DNA from: Candidatus Hydrogenedentota bacterium
GTDB taxonomy: Bacteria; Hydrogenedentota; Hydrogenedentia; Hydrogenedentales; SLHB01
DNA length: 64,000 bases
Assembly (NCBI GenBank): GCA_963668025.2
Contig: CAXXTH010000017.1
Coordinates: 1,408,001 to 1,472,000 of the forward strand
Direction of reading: 5' to 3'
In this document: positions 49,885 through 59,344 of the stretch, piece by piece
Position numbering within the stretch: position 1 is the stretch's first letter
Layout of the letters: the number at the start of each line of letters is the position of its first letter
The notes under the pieces: generated by a model
Told to the model about the DNA's origin: nothing
The model's input: the letters and a program-made list of their open reading frames with translations, nothing else
The model's database searches: none
Made by a program: the position numbers and the translations under genes

Positions 49885-51723
49885 GGGCCTGTCGATTAAG
49901 CAGCCGCCTCGATAGGGTATATCTCCACCGCATCGACAGGAATGCGCCGGGGATGCCGATTCGACGTTATTCGTGGGAAAAAAGCATAGGCTACGGCTCT
50001 AGCTGCGGCATGAAGCCCCGCCAGGACCGTGTTTACGCCAGGATGGCCGCCTTGGGGGAAGCCGGTGGCCATGTTTGCCTTGCGGGCCAGAAGTTTTTTG
50101 AGGGTATACGCGGTGCAAATCCAGGACCAGTCGCACCGGACTTTCTCCAGGCCGCGCCGGGCGAAGCGGCGGATGCCCATGCACGACTTGATGACGCCGA
50201 ACAATCCTTCGATCCCCGGGGCGCGTTTCTTGTAGATGGCCCGGCCTTCTTCGGTCTTCATGCGCTCGTCCGCGGCCTCGCGCAGCGGTTCGTGTTCGTC
50301 GCGGGTGATGGTCCGGTGCGTGGCCTTTCCTTTGATGCATTGCCCCGCCAGCGGGCAGCCGGGGCAGGCTTCGCATTGGTAGGTGGCGTATGAAACGCCG
50401 TCTTTGTCCGTGCCGTGTTTCGAGGCCGCCATCTCGTGGCCCATGGGGCAATGGTAGGAGTCGGCTTGTTCGTCGTACACAAATGCGGTGCGGGCGAACT
50501 GGCCGCCTTGTTTGGGCAGGCGTTCCACCGCTTCTTGGGCCACGGGAAGCGCGGGCTCGGGGCGTTGAGCCGGATTGTCCGCCCCAGAGGCCGAGCGGGT
50601 GGGCATGTAGGCCTCTATCCCTTGGGCCTCAAGGGCTTCGAGCACTTGGCCCGCGGCAAAATTGCCGTCGGCGGCGATTGCGCAAGGCTTCTCGCCCGTA
50701 AGGGCTTCAACGGCCTCCACCGCCGGGCAAACGGCGCTGGCCTCGTCGGAACCCGCCAGCACATCATCATAGAGGATAGCGCCTGTTTGCGCGTCAATCG
50801 CGGCCACGGGGGTGTAATTCGGCGCGTAGCCCCCTTCTTTGTTGGGGGTGATTTGGGAGTCCGGATCGCTCACGGGCACTCGGACGGGTTTGGCGTTCTT
50901 GCCATTGTGCTCTTGGGACTTCGCGTCTCGCCTGCGGGCGGCGTCGAGGGCTTTTTGAAGCTGTTTGCGTTTCGTTTCGAGCCGCGCGATTTCCTGGCTG
51001 GCCTTTTCCAACTGTTCCGCAACGTCTCCATCCGGCTCCATGCCCGCCAGAAACTCGGTTTCAGGAAGGGCTTGGGCATCATTGCGCCGCATTTCCTCCA
51101 TCCGGCGGTCCAGTTCCCTTATAATCTTCTCGATGGTCCCGGCCGTGCGCGCCCCGTGGCGGTCGCTGTCGGCCCGCAAACGGGTGCCGTCGATGAGCAA
51201 TTCCAATAGCGGCTTCTCGCGCTCACCTAGCAGGAGCTGGGCGATTTGCCGCTTCAACTCGTCGATGGCTTTGGCGTGGCGCACCCGGAATTTGGCGAAC
51301 GTGGAGTGATCGGGCGTGAACCCTTCAAGGAACCATATGAAATCCAGGTGCTTGCACGCCGCCATTTCCAGCTCGCGCGACGAACGCACGCGGTGCATCA
51401 GCCCGTACAGGATAGCTCCCGCCAGGTAATGTGGATGGATCGGCGGCTGGCCAACGCCCACATAGGCAGCCTCCCAAGCGCTCCAATCCAGTTCATCCAA
51501 AATCCGTGCGAATATCCGGATGGGCGCATCCGCCGGGAGCATCTCGTCCAGATACTGGGGATACAGCACCATTTGATGCCGCTGCGCCTTCGGAGTGGCG
51601 AATAGAATGTCTCGTGCGTTCATGTGGGTTTCCCTGGTGACACCAATAATAAATTCTATTCTACTAGAAATCGAGTTATATGTCTATATAAATTCTACCC
51701 CGGCGCACTACATCGACAGGCCC
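49885..51723 (-). mobile_element. IS1182-family insertion sequence, 1839 bp
   Basis: 12-bp terminal inverted repeat GGGCCTGTCGAT and 4-bp target duplication TAAA (49881-84 and 51724-27). Confidence 0.92.
49896..51623 (-). CDS. IS1182-family DDE transposase
   Basis: Motifs RSSRELE..PDHSTFAKFR, IDGT, YxCPxG..CxxCP...C and YKKR..IEGLFGVIK. Confidence 0.92.
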   Translation of the reverse strand: MNARDILFATPKAQRHQMVLYPQYLDEMLPADAPIRIFARILDELDWSAWEAAYVGVGQPPIHPHYLAGAILYGLMHRVRSSRELEMAACKHLDFIWFLEGFTPDHSTFAKFRVRHAKAIDELKRQIAQLLLGEREKPLLELLIDGTRLRADSDRHGARTAGTIEKIIRELDRRMEEMRRNDAQALPETEFLAGMEPDGDVAEQLEKASQEIARLETKRKQLQKALDAARRRDAKSQEHNGKNAKPVRVPVSDPDSQITPNKEGGYAPNYTPVAAIDAQTGAILYDDVLAGSDEASAVCPAVEAVEALTGEKPCAIAADGNFAAGQVLEALEAQGIEAYMPTRSASGADNPAQRPEPALPVAQEAVERLPKQGGQFARTAFVYDEQADSYHCPMGHEMAASKHGTDKDGVSYATYQCEACPGCPLAGQCIKGKATHRTITRDEHEPLREAADERMKTEEGRAIYKKRAPGIEGLFGVIKSCMGIRRFARRGLEKVRCDWSWICTAYTLKKLLARKANMATGFPQGGHPGVNTVLAGLHAAARAVAYAFFPRITSNRHPRRIPVDAVEIYPIEAAA

Positions 51724-52359
51724 TAAAGCGGGCCGCTTCCTCATTGGCCCCCAAAGCGAACAAATGGCGGCCTTGCGCCGTGAAATGCAAATACATGCCC
51801 ACGATGAACGCAAGAATGAGGAAGATGAGAAAAGGCGTTGGTAAAAAGGCGTTTTCATTCGGGATGAAGCCATTTCCCAGCCATGTCAAATCGGGATATG
51901 CCGAGCCAAATCCTTGCGTCCAATCTTTGGCGGTATAACGGGCGATGCCACGGTAAAAGAAAAGGCCGCACAACGTCACCACGAACGGCTGCATGCGCGC
52001 CTTTGTAATCAGGACGCCGTGCCACGTTCCAATGAGCGCACCTAAGGCTAGCATGCCGGGGATCACCAGGAAGGGCGAATAGCCATTCCCTTTATCCAGC
52101 AGCAATGCCGCCGAAATGCCCACAAGCCCCACGATGCTTCCCACGGATAGATCAATGCCTCCCGTGATAATAACGAATGCTTGCCCCAGGCTCAAAATGC
52201 CAAATAGGCCTACCCACGTTAATACATTGCGCATATTAGCGGCGCAAATAAAATCCACGCGGCCTTTTTGAGTGTATTCCCATAGGCATACCACGGCAAC
52301 AAGAATTGCCAGCAGGCCTATCAGGCTCAGTGCTTTCCGCATAACTACACGTTCTCCCT

Positions 52360-53367
52360 TTAACCCCGGCCGGTCAATTCTTTTAAGTTCTTCCAGAAGG
52401 CCTCGACATTGTCTTTCGTGATATTGACCGTGTTGATGTATAGCTGCTTGCTGGGCGGAATGCTTGAGTTATTGCCCTTCGCAAGCTCGACAAGCACTTT
52501 CACTGATGTGTAGCCGAACTCGAAAGGCTGCTGGACCACCGTGCCCGTAATATAGCCGTCTTGCACGCCTTGCAGGGTCTCTTCGTCTTCATCGAAACAG
52601 ATGATCTTGACTTGGCCCAATTTACCGGAACCTTGCACGGCGTTGAGGATGGCAGGGCCATTATAAGAATACAGCCCTACCAGGCAGCTTATATCCGGAT
52701 ACGCAACCAGTGTGTCCTGGACATTGGAGATGGCTTTCGCCGTATCCACCTCGTCTGTCCGTACGCCGAGGATTTCGATATTCGCGCCTGCTATCGCGTC
52801 TTCAATTCCTTTTTTGCGATCCTGCGCGTTTTGGGCGTCCATGGTGCCCACAAAAAGCATGATTTTACCGCCTGAAGGCAGCGTGGTTTTGATGAGTTCG
52901 CCCGCGGCTTTGCCCGCGTCATAATTGTTCGTTCCGATATAACATAAGCGGTTGCTTTCAGGAGCGTCTGAATCTTGCGTGATGAGATTGGCCTTCGACG
53001 CCACTTTATTAAGGAACGCAAGCTGGTTTGTCGGGTCTTTCGGGCTGATGGCTATGCCCGATACGCCCGTTACAAGCAAGTCATCGATGATGGATTGCTG
53101 TTCAGCCGCCGTGCTTTTCGACGGCATGCGGAAGATGACCTCGCAGCCATATTCGAGAGCGGCCTTTTTTGTTCCAGCTTCGGCGATTTTCCAGAAATTC
53201 GAGTTCCCATTCGGCACAAACGCGATGCGGATAGGCTGGCCTGGCGATGGAGCGGTTGCGGCTTTTCCTGTCTCTGGCGCATTCGCGGAAGGTTCACGCG
53301 CCGGTTTCCCACATCCGCTGCAGCATACAAATCCTGCCAGCAACATAAAGCAGAGCACGAATCTCAT
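52360..53367 (-). CDS. Sugar ABC transporter substrate-binding lipoprotein (RbsB-like)
   Basis: Lipobox, motifs YIGTNNYDAG, FDEDEETL and VVQQPFEFGY. SD GGAGG. Confidence 0.9.
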   Translation of the reverse strand: MRFVLCFMLLAGFVCCSGCGKPAREPSANAPETGKAATAPSPGQPIRIAFVPNGNSNFWKIAEAGTKKAALEYGCEVIFRMPSKSTAAEQQSIIDDLLVTGVSGIAISPKDPTNQLAFLNKVASKANLITQDSDAPESNRLCYIGTNNYDAGKAAGELIKTTLPSGGKIMLFVGTMDAQNAQDRKKGIEDAIAGANIEILGVRTDEVDTAKAISNVQDTLVAYPDISCLVGLYSYNGPAILNAVQGSGKLGQVKIICFDEDEETLQGVQDGYITGTVVQQPFEFGYTSVKVLVELAKGNNSSIPPSKQLYINTVNITKDNVEAFWKNLKELTGRG

Positions 53368-53957
53368 TAGCGTTTCCTCCAAAATAATATTGCTAATTTA
53401 CTCCTAATAGGCACACTTTTCATATGGAAGATACTTATTGAATTGCTCCCCGAACCCCACTATTCGCCAGATGAGCCTGCGGATCGAGTCTTGCCTCTTA
53501 GCGGCTGCCTTCTATAGGCCCGTGCAGCTCGATTCGGTTTCATTATATTATCGCACAATAGGAAATACAATCACCTGCCGGAATTCAATATGACAAAAAA
53601 TGCGATATGCGCCTACTAGGTTGATTTTTAGAACCATAAAGGAACACAACCAAACTTAGAGCGGCATAGCCGCATTTAAAAAAAGTGTTGGGCCATGAAA
53701 TTCTGGGCCATGAAACATTTCGCAGAAGCCGTAATATACCAGTGCGAATATATTATCCCAATACCGTTTTTATTTCCCGTTGCATGGCATCTCGCTTCAT
53801 GCCACTGTTCCGGCTTCTTGTCCAGCGGCAGGCATCATCGGATTGCGAATCTGGATGGGCTGGTTTGGCTCCCCCGCATGGCAACAAAACGTCCTGATCA
53901 ATAGAGGCTACTAATGAAGCGGGCCAGTTTGCTTGAAAAAGAAACGGGGGTATACGG

Positions 53958-55463
53958 ATGAAATCTTTCTTAGTGTTGGCGTGTTGCAGTGTGTTACTGC
54001 TGGCCATGGGAGCCGCGCCGCGATATTTGGAGGAATTGCGGATAGGCGGCGGGTATGGCGATGCGGCGGACGGCGGGGCGGATTGGGATAAGGCCGGGGC
54101 CTTGCGCGCGAATGGGCGCATAGAGGCCGATGCGGGACTGGCGGCGGGCAAGGAAGGTGCTGCACAAGGGCTCGTTACCGCAAATCGGGGAAGCGCATCC
54201 CAGCCGGGCGCGATTCGGGCTGTTCCGGGCGATGGCGGTGCGGGCGGTTATTTGTTCACGGGCGATGCAGATGAGCCGCGATGGGCACCGGCTTTGCCCG
54301 TTTCGCCAGCGGATGGCAGCCCATTGGTGCGTATGTCGGATGTAGGCGTATCAGCGGGAACCGTGGCCGCGGGCAATCACTACCATGTGGGAGTCTACCA
54401 GCCTGCCGACGCCACTCTAGGTGCGCTGGCGGAAGGCGGCGCAGCGGGCAAAATTCCCTATTGGAGCGCCACGGATGTGCTGTCCGAGAAATCCGTTTCC
54501 ACGCAAGGCCTTGCACAGCTTGCCCGCGCGGCGAATGATGCGGGTGGCTCGGGCGAAGGGCTGCTTGCGTTATGGCGCATGCGAAGTGTTTCCATATTGG
54601 CGGATTGGTCTGGCAATGGCAGAAAGGCGGTCTTGAGTGGAACGGGAACGCTGCAAGGAGTGGGCAAATTTGGCGCATGTGCGGAATTCGATGGGAATGG
54701 ATTCTATTCGGCGGGCAATGCGCTAACCACCGCCATGGGCGGGGCTTCCCAAAGCTCCACGCTTGCCGTGTGGATCAAAACAACATATGAAGGCAAGAAT
54801 ATCGCTGGCTTTTTCAACGCGAACAACCGGTTTGGATTTTCCAATACCAATGGGCGCGCCCGCATGTATATCGGTGACGGCGTGAACACCGCCACCATAA
54901 ACAACGCGTCCGGCCAAACAGTAAGCGATGGCAAATGGCATTTGATTGCAGGTGTTATTGATCGGGCTGCTGGAACCGCTTTTCTGTATGTGGATGGCGT
55001 GCAGGAAGTATCTTATTCCATTGCCGGATGGGGTGCGTTGTCTTCCAGCGCCACCGATTTCTGCATCGCTTCTTTGTCCTCTTCCGGCTCCATCGTGCGC
55101 TGGATGGGAGCAATTGATGAATGCATGGTGTGGGGCCGTGCGTTGCCCGCTAAAGAAATCGAGGCGCTCTATTTGGCTCCGCGTGAATTCGCGCCGGATA
55201 CTGGTTATGCCGCGTCGAATTTGGCCGCCGAAGGCAATCTGGAAGCCCATGGCGGCGGCGTGTACGCCGGAATGGATGGCGCGGTGCGCGGAGTTTTATC
55301 GGCATGGGACGGCAGTGGCGGCGCGGCGCCGGGATGCCTCGCCCTTGCAAGCCCCAATGGCGCGCTCTGGTATGTGTTCGTGGAAGACGATGGCACCTTG
55401 AAAGTCCATAACGCCCTTCCCACGGCGAATGCGGATGGAATCGTGGCGGGCCTACAAGAATAA
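53958..55463 (+). CDS. Secreted LamG/concanavalin-like domain protein with a tail-fibre-like segment
   Basis: Signal peptide, LamG motif DGKWHLIAGV..LYVDG..GAIDECMVW.RAL, and segment YQPADATLGALA..KIPYW. Confidence 0.72.
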   Translation: MKSFLVLACCSVLLLAMGAAPRYLEELRIGGGYGDAADGGADWDKAGALRANGRIEADAGLAAGKEGAAQGLVTANRGSASQPGAIRAVPGDGGAGGYLFTGDADEPRWAPALPVSPADGSPLVRMSDVGVSAGTVAAGNHYHVGVYQPADATLGALAEGGAAGKIPYWSATDVLSEKSVSTQGLAQLARAANDAGGSGEGLLALWRMRSVSILADWSGNGRKAVLSGTGTLQGVGKFGACAEFDGNGFYSAGNALTTAMGGASQSSTLAVWIKTTYEGKNIAGFFNANNRFGFSNTNGRARMYIGDGVNTATINNASGQTVSDGKWHLIAGVIDRAAGTAFLYVDGVQEVSYSIAGWGALSSSATDFCIASLSSSGSIVRWMGAIDECMVWGRALPAKEIEALYLAPREFAPDTGYAASNLAAEGNLEAHGGGVYAGMDGAVRGVLSAWDGSGGAAPGCLALASPNGALWYVFVEDDGTLKVHNALPTANADGIVAGLQE

Positions 55464-55473
55464 TCTTTTTTAC

Positions 55474-56574
55474 TTAATGGGGATGCTGCTGGAGATGGCG
55501 CTTGTAGACCGCCAAATGCTGCTCGACGGCATGGTCCAGGGCATGGTGGGTATTGACATATTCATAGCCCTTCATGCCCTGCCTGCGCCAATTCTCCTTT
55601 TCGAGGAGCCAAGCCAGCCCTTTTGCAAAATCCCCATCCGAGGCATGATACCCCATTTGCGAGGCGAAGCCGTCGGGATCGGTATAGCTGAGAATGGCGC
55701 ATTGATGTGCGGCCGCTTCCAGATAGGCCACCGGCAGGCATTCGCGGGCGGCGGGATTGCACATCACCCAGGCAGGGCCCAGGTAATCCGATAAAGAGCC
55801 GCCTGCAAACTGATCGACAAATCCAGGCATCTCCAGATTCGGAATGCCGCCGAAACGTGTGCGCAGATTGCGGTCATACGCCTCCTCATGCGCCTTGCCC
55901 ACGGCCACGAAACGGACTCCTGGAAATTGGGGGGCCAGTTCGAGGAACCGCTCGACCCGTTTCCGGCGATCCCATCGGGCGAGGAATACCACCAGCGGCG
56001 CAGGCGATTTCTCGAATGGGCGCTCGGGGATTTTTACCGGATTGGGCAGAAACTCCGGCTCGTAGTCCAGGCCATACATGTGGCGCACTTTGTCGCATAT
56101 AAAATGGGCTTGCACGTAACAGCGCGTACTCGAACGGACGGCCCGGCGCACGAGGGGATTGTTCTCATACGCCATCCAGACTGGAAATGTGAGGCGGCGT
56201 CTCATGCTCAAATAGCGGAATTCCGTCCACCAGTCCCATGCATCGCGCGGGTCTTGAGCCGTCACCAAATGAATGCGGCCTGGCATGGCCCGCTGGGCGT
56301 AATAGGTGCCCATGGTTGGTTCTTCGGAATGATAGATGTCGCAATCCGCCGCCCGGAAACACGCTATCGCGCTGCTCCACCGGCGGGGCGAATGGGACAG
56401 CACTTCCATGCCGTCCACGATTTCATGTTCCGGCTGGCCGGGCCGCCGGGGCGTAACGGCATACACCTGGACGCCCCGCTGTACAAGCGCCTTGCCCAAA
56501 GTCCGCGTGAGGCTGCCAAATCCGCCGTATTTGCCATGAATAAAAAGCTGGCTGGCGACAAAACATACTTTCAT
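55474..56574 (-). CDS. Glycosyltransferase family 4
   Basis: Motifs GKYGGFG, ARWDRRK and ECLPVAYLEAA. Confidence 0.85.
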   Translation of the reverse strand: MKVCFVASQLFIHGKYGGFGSLTRTLGKALVQRGVQVYAVTPRRPGQPEHEIVDGMEVLSHSPRRWSSAIACFRAADCDIYHSEEPTMGTYYAQRAMPGRIHLVTAQDPRDAWDWWTEFRYLSMRRRLTFPVWMAYENNPLVRRAVRSSTRCYVQAHFICDKVRHMYGLDYEPEFLPNPVKIPERPFEKSPAPLVVFLARWDRRKRVERFLELAPQFPGVRFVAVGKAHEEAYDRNLRTRFGGIPNLEMPGFVDQFAGGSLSDYLGPAWVMCNPAARECLPVAYLEAAAHQCAILSYTDPDGFASQMGYHASDGDFAKGLAWLLEKENWRRQGMKGYEYVNTHHALDHAVEQHLAVYKRHLQQHPH

Positions 56575-56625
56575 GTGCGTGCGATACCGTTTCACCATCA
56601 TTCGAGCGGTTCAATATTGAATGTC

Positions 56626-56673
56626 GTAGCATGGGCGTCCCGCCCATGTGCATGGCCGGGACGGCCATGCCAC
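56626..56673. repeat. REP doublet (REPIN-like), GTAG/GTGG family
   Basis: GTAGCATGGGCGTCCCGCCCATG followed by the inverted copy GTGGCATGGCCGTCCCGGCCATG. Confidence 0.75.
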
Positions 56674-56725
56674 GAGCGGAACGCCCAAGATGCGGGTGAT
56701 TATACAGAAAATATGGGTAGCGGCA

Positions 56726-57751
56726 TTATTTTTTTAAGGGATGCAAGAGCTTTTGTATTTCCGGCTCATTCATGTTTTCCCGCGTGACTACCGTGACGCC
56801 GGTATCGATTCGTTTTTCCACGGGCTTGCCCTGAATCGAATCGATGGCCGCCTTGACTCCTTGGAAGCCCATCTGGAAGGGATTCTGTACTATCAGCGCG
56901 TCAATCGAACCTGACTGCAAGGCCTCGACTTCCCGGTCCGCCGAGTCAAACGCCACTACTTTGATTTGTCCCGCTTTGCCTGCGGCCTCGATAGCCTGTA
57001 CGGCCCCCATGGCCCCGCTTTCATTCGCGGCGAAAATGCCTTTCAAATCAGGATGCGCCGTCATCATATCTTCGGCGGCGGCCATGCCCTTCGCCACATC
57101 GCTCTGGCTGTAGAGCGTGGCTACGAGCTGGACATTCGGATAAGCGGATAAGCCATCTTTGAAGCCCTGTTCACGCATTTCGGAGGTGGCGGCGCCTTGA
57201 ACGAAGGGGATAAGCCCCACGGGGCCTGCTTCTCCGACGAGTTTGGCCAGCACTTCCGCTGCTTTGCGCGCTCCCGCCACATTGTCCGTGGCGACATACG
57301 AGATGGGAAGATCAGACTTTACACCCGAATCGATGGTCACGACGGGGATTCCCGCCGCATGTGCTTTCGCCACTACATCGACAAGAGCCACTTCATTGCA
57401 GGCGGCCATGACAAGGGCGTCTACTTTCTGGTTAAGCATGTCTTCAATGATGCTGATCTGTTCCGCCACATCGGTCTCGGCATTAGGGCCGTTCCAAAGG
57501 ATGGAAGCGCCATGTTCTTGCGCAGCCGCTTCCGCGCCTGCCTTAACGGTAAGCCAAAACTCGTGGACAAAACCCTTGGGAACCACGGCGATGCGCAAGC
57601 CTTGCGCTTTCTGCGGCGCGGCCGCTTGATCCGTCCGATCCGTCTGATCCGTCCGATCCACTTGATTGGCCGTTTCAGGCGCCTTTGCAGGCCCACAGCC
57701 CACAACCGCCAACCCCATAATTATCGCACTCGCCCAGAAAAGCCGTTTCAT
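56726..57751 (-). CDS. Sugar ABC transporter substrate-binding lipoprotein (RbsB/AlsB-like)
   Basis: Lipobox VVGC, motifs VPKG..HEFW, YVATDN and VQNPFQMG. Confidence 0.9.
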   Translation of the reverse strand: MKRLFWASAIIMGLAVVGCGPAKAPETANQVDRTDQTDRTDQAAAPQKAQGLRIAVVPKGFVHEFWLTVKAGAEAAAQEHGASILWNGPNAETDVAEQISIIEDMLNQKVDALVMAACNEVALVDVVAKAHAAGIPVVTIDSGVKSDLPISYVATDNVAGARKAAEVLAKLVGEAGPVGLIPFVQGAATSEMREQGFKDGLSAYPNVQLVATLYSQSDVAKGMAAAEDMMTAHPDLKGIFAANESGAMGAVQAIEAAGKAGQIKVVAFDSADREVEALQSGSIDALIVQNPFQMGFQGVKAAIDSIQGKPVEKRIDTGVTVVTRENMNEPEIQKLLHPLKK

Positions 57752-58053
57752 GCTGCACCTCCTGTTCTTTCTCCAACACCCTTGATTATACCGAGTATAC
57801 TTGATGGCGTGTGCATCATAACACGCCCCAGGCCTGCTTAGCCAATGCGTCTACTGTTTGCGTGGCGGGAAAGTGCAATGCTATACTTCCCTGGTTTTCC
57901 ACTCGGCGCCCTGCCGCCTTGCGTTACGAACCGTGCGGTGCGCTTCGATAGGAATAATAGCAACAACGGTCCTCGCCCCGGAGGATCGTGGTGCCAGCTC
58001 GGGGAAACCGTTTCACGGCGTCGCACGCCGCAACGACCTAGGAGATTAAAATT

Positions 58054-59112
58054 ATGCCACTTGTACCTATGCGACAGATTCTCGATGAGGCCGCAAAAGG
58101 CGGTTACGGCGTTGGCGCGTTCAACGTCAACAACATGGAGCAAATCCAGGCTATCATGCAGGCCGCCAACGACACCAACAGCCCGGTCATCATCCAGGCC
58201 AGCCGCGGCGCCCTCAAGTACAGCAAAATGATTTACCTCAAAAAACTCATGGAAGCCGCTGCTGAAGAGTTTCCGAACATTCCCGTCGCCATGCACCTCG
58301 ACCACGGCAATAGCCTCGCGACGTGCAAGGAAGCCATCGAACTCGGCTTTACGTCTGTCATGATGGACGGTTCGCTCTCCGAAGACGGCAAGACGCCGAA
58401 TACCTACGAGCAGAATGTGGCCATCACGCGCCAAGTCGTCGAGCTGGCCCATCCGCTGGGCGTGACGGTCGAGGGCGAACTCGGCTGTTTGGGCGGCATC
58501 GAAGACGGCCACGGCGCGGGCCTCAGCGTGGATGAAGTGAATGACCACCTGACTGACCCGGCGCAAGCCGAAGACTTTGTCGCGAAGACGGGCCTTGATG
58601 CGCTGGCCGTCGCCATCGGCACCAGCCACGGCGCGTACAAATCTGGCCGTAAAGACCCGAAAACGGGCGAAATGCTGCCTCCGGCGCTGGCCATGGAGCG
58701 CATCCATGAAATCCACAAGCGCATGCCGAATTGCCACATGGTCATGCATGGTTCGAGTTCGGTGCCGAAAGAGCTCGTGGACATCATCAACCAGTACGGC
58801 GGCAAGATGCCCGACACCTTCGGTATTCCCATCGAGCAGATCCAAGACGGCATCAAGCATGGCGTCCGCAAAGTCAATGTGGACACCGATAGCCGCCTTG
58901 CCATGACGGGCGCTATCCGCAAGGTGTTCGTGGAAACCCCCAACAAATTCGACCCCCGCGATTATCTCAAGCCGGCCCGTGAAGCGGCCTATGAAGTGTA
59001 TGTCGCCCGCATGAAGGCTTTTGGCCAAGCAGGCCACGCGGGCGAGTACGCGCCCATGAGCCTCGCCGACATGAAAAAGGTCTACGGCTGCTGCTGCGGC
59101 TGCAACAAATAA
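58054..59112 (+). CDS. fba: Class II fructose-bisphosphate aldolase
   Basis: Motifs [30 protein letters not shown] and KVNVDTD. Confidence 0.96.
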   Translation: MPLVPMRQILDEAAKGGYGVGAFNVNNMEQIQAIMQAANDTNSPVIIQASRGALKYSKMIYLKKLMEAAAEEFPNIPVAMHLDHGNSLATCKEAIELGFTSVMMDGSLSEDGKTPNTYEQNVAITRQVVELAHPLGVTVEGELGCLGGIEDGHGAGLSVDEVNDHLTDPAQAEDFVAKTGLDALAVAIGTSHGAYKSGRKDPKTGEMLPPALAMERIHEIHKRMPNCHMVMHGSSSVPKELVDIINQYGGKMPDTFGIPIEQIQDGIKHGVRKVNVDTDSRLAMTGAIRKVFVETPNKFDPRDYLKPAREAAYEVYVARMKAFGQAGHAGEYAPMSLADMKKVYGCCCGCNK

Positions 59113-59150
59113 ATAACGGGAGCAATCCCTAAAACCATTTGTCGACAATA

Positions 59151-59188
59151 AAAGGCGGAAAGAAATCCTCGGATTTCTTTCCGCCTTT
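59151..59188 (+). terminator. Terminator hairpin after fba
   Basis: 18-bp perfect inverted repeat AAAGGCGGAAAGAAATCC / GGATTTCTTTCCGCCTTT. Confidence 0.8.
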
Positions 59189-59344
59189 GCTTTCATATAA
59201 CTCCCCAAAAATTCAGATGGGCCTGTTTTGGTGCATATCGGTGAATCATACAAACTATCCTGTTTTTGCTCCTAGCGGTGTGTTCGCTTGTTTTATATGC
59301 TGGTGGGTGGTTTTATGTTCAATTTACCCATTGAGGAGGTGCGT

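Larger units (their letters stand above)
49513..52342 (-). pseudogene. RbsC-type sugar ABC permease disrupted by an IS (fragments 51724-52342 and 49513-49880)
   Basis: Removing the IS and one TAAA copy restores a 328-aa ORF reading ..GANEEAARFSGISTNGLKILAY... Motifs TGGIDLSVG and IAGAVLGG. Confidence 0.92.

Noticed and set aside
53440-53475. ZTP (pfl) riboswitch-like CTGGCGAA..GTGG..GGGGAGC on the minus strand
   Set aside because: The P2 partner (CCAC) and the downstream CGCCTGGGC hairpin are absent, and the gene context does not fit.
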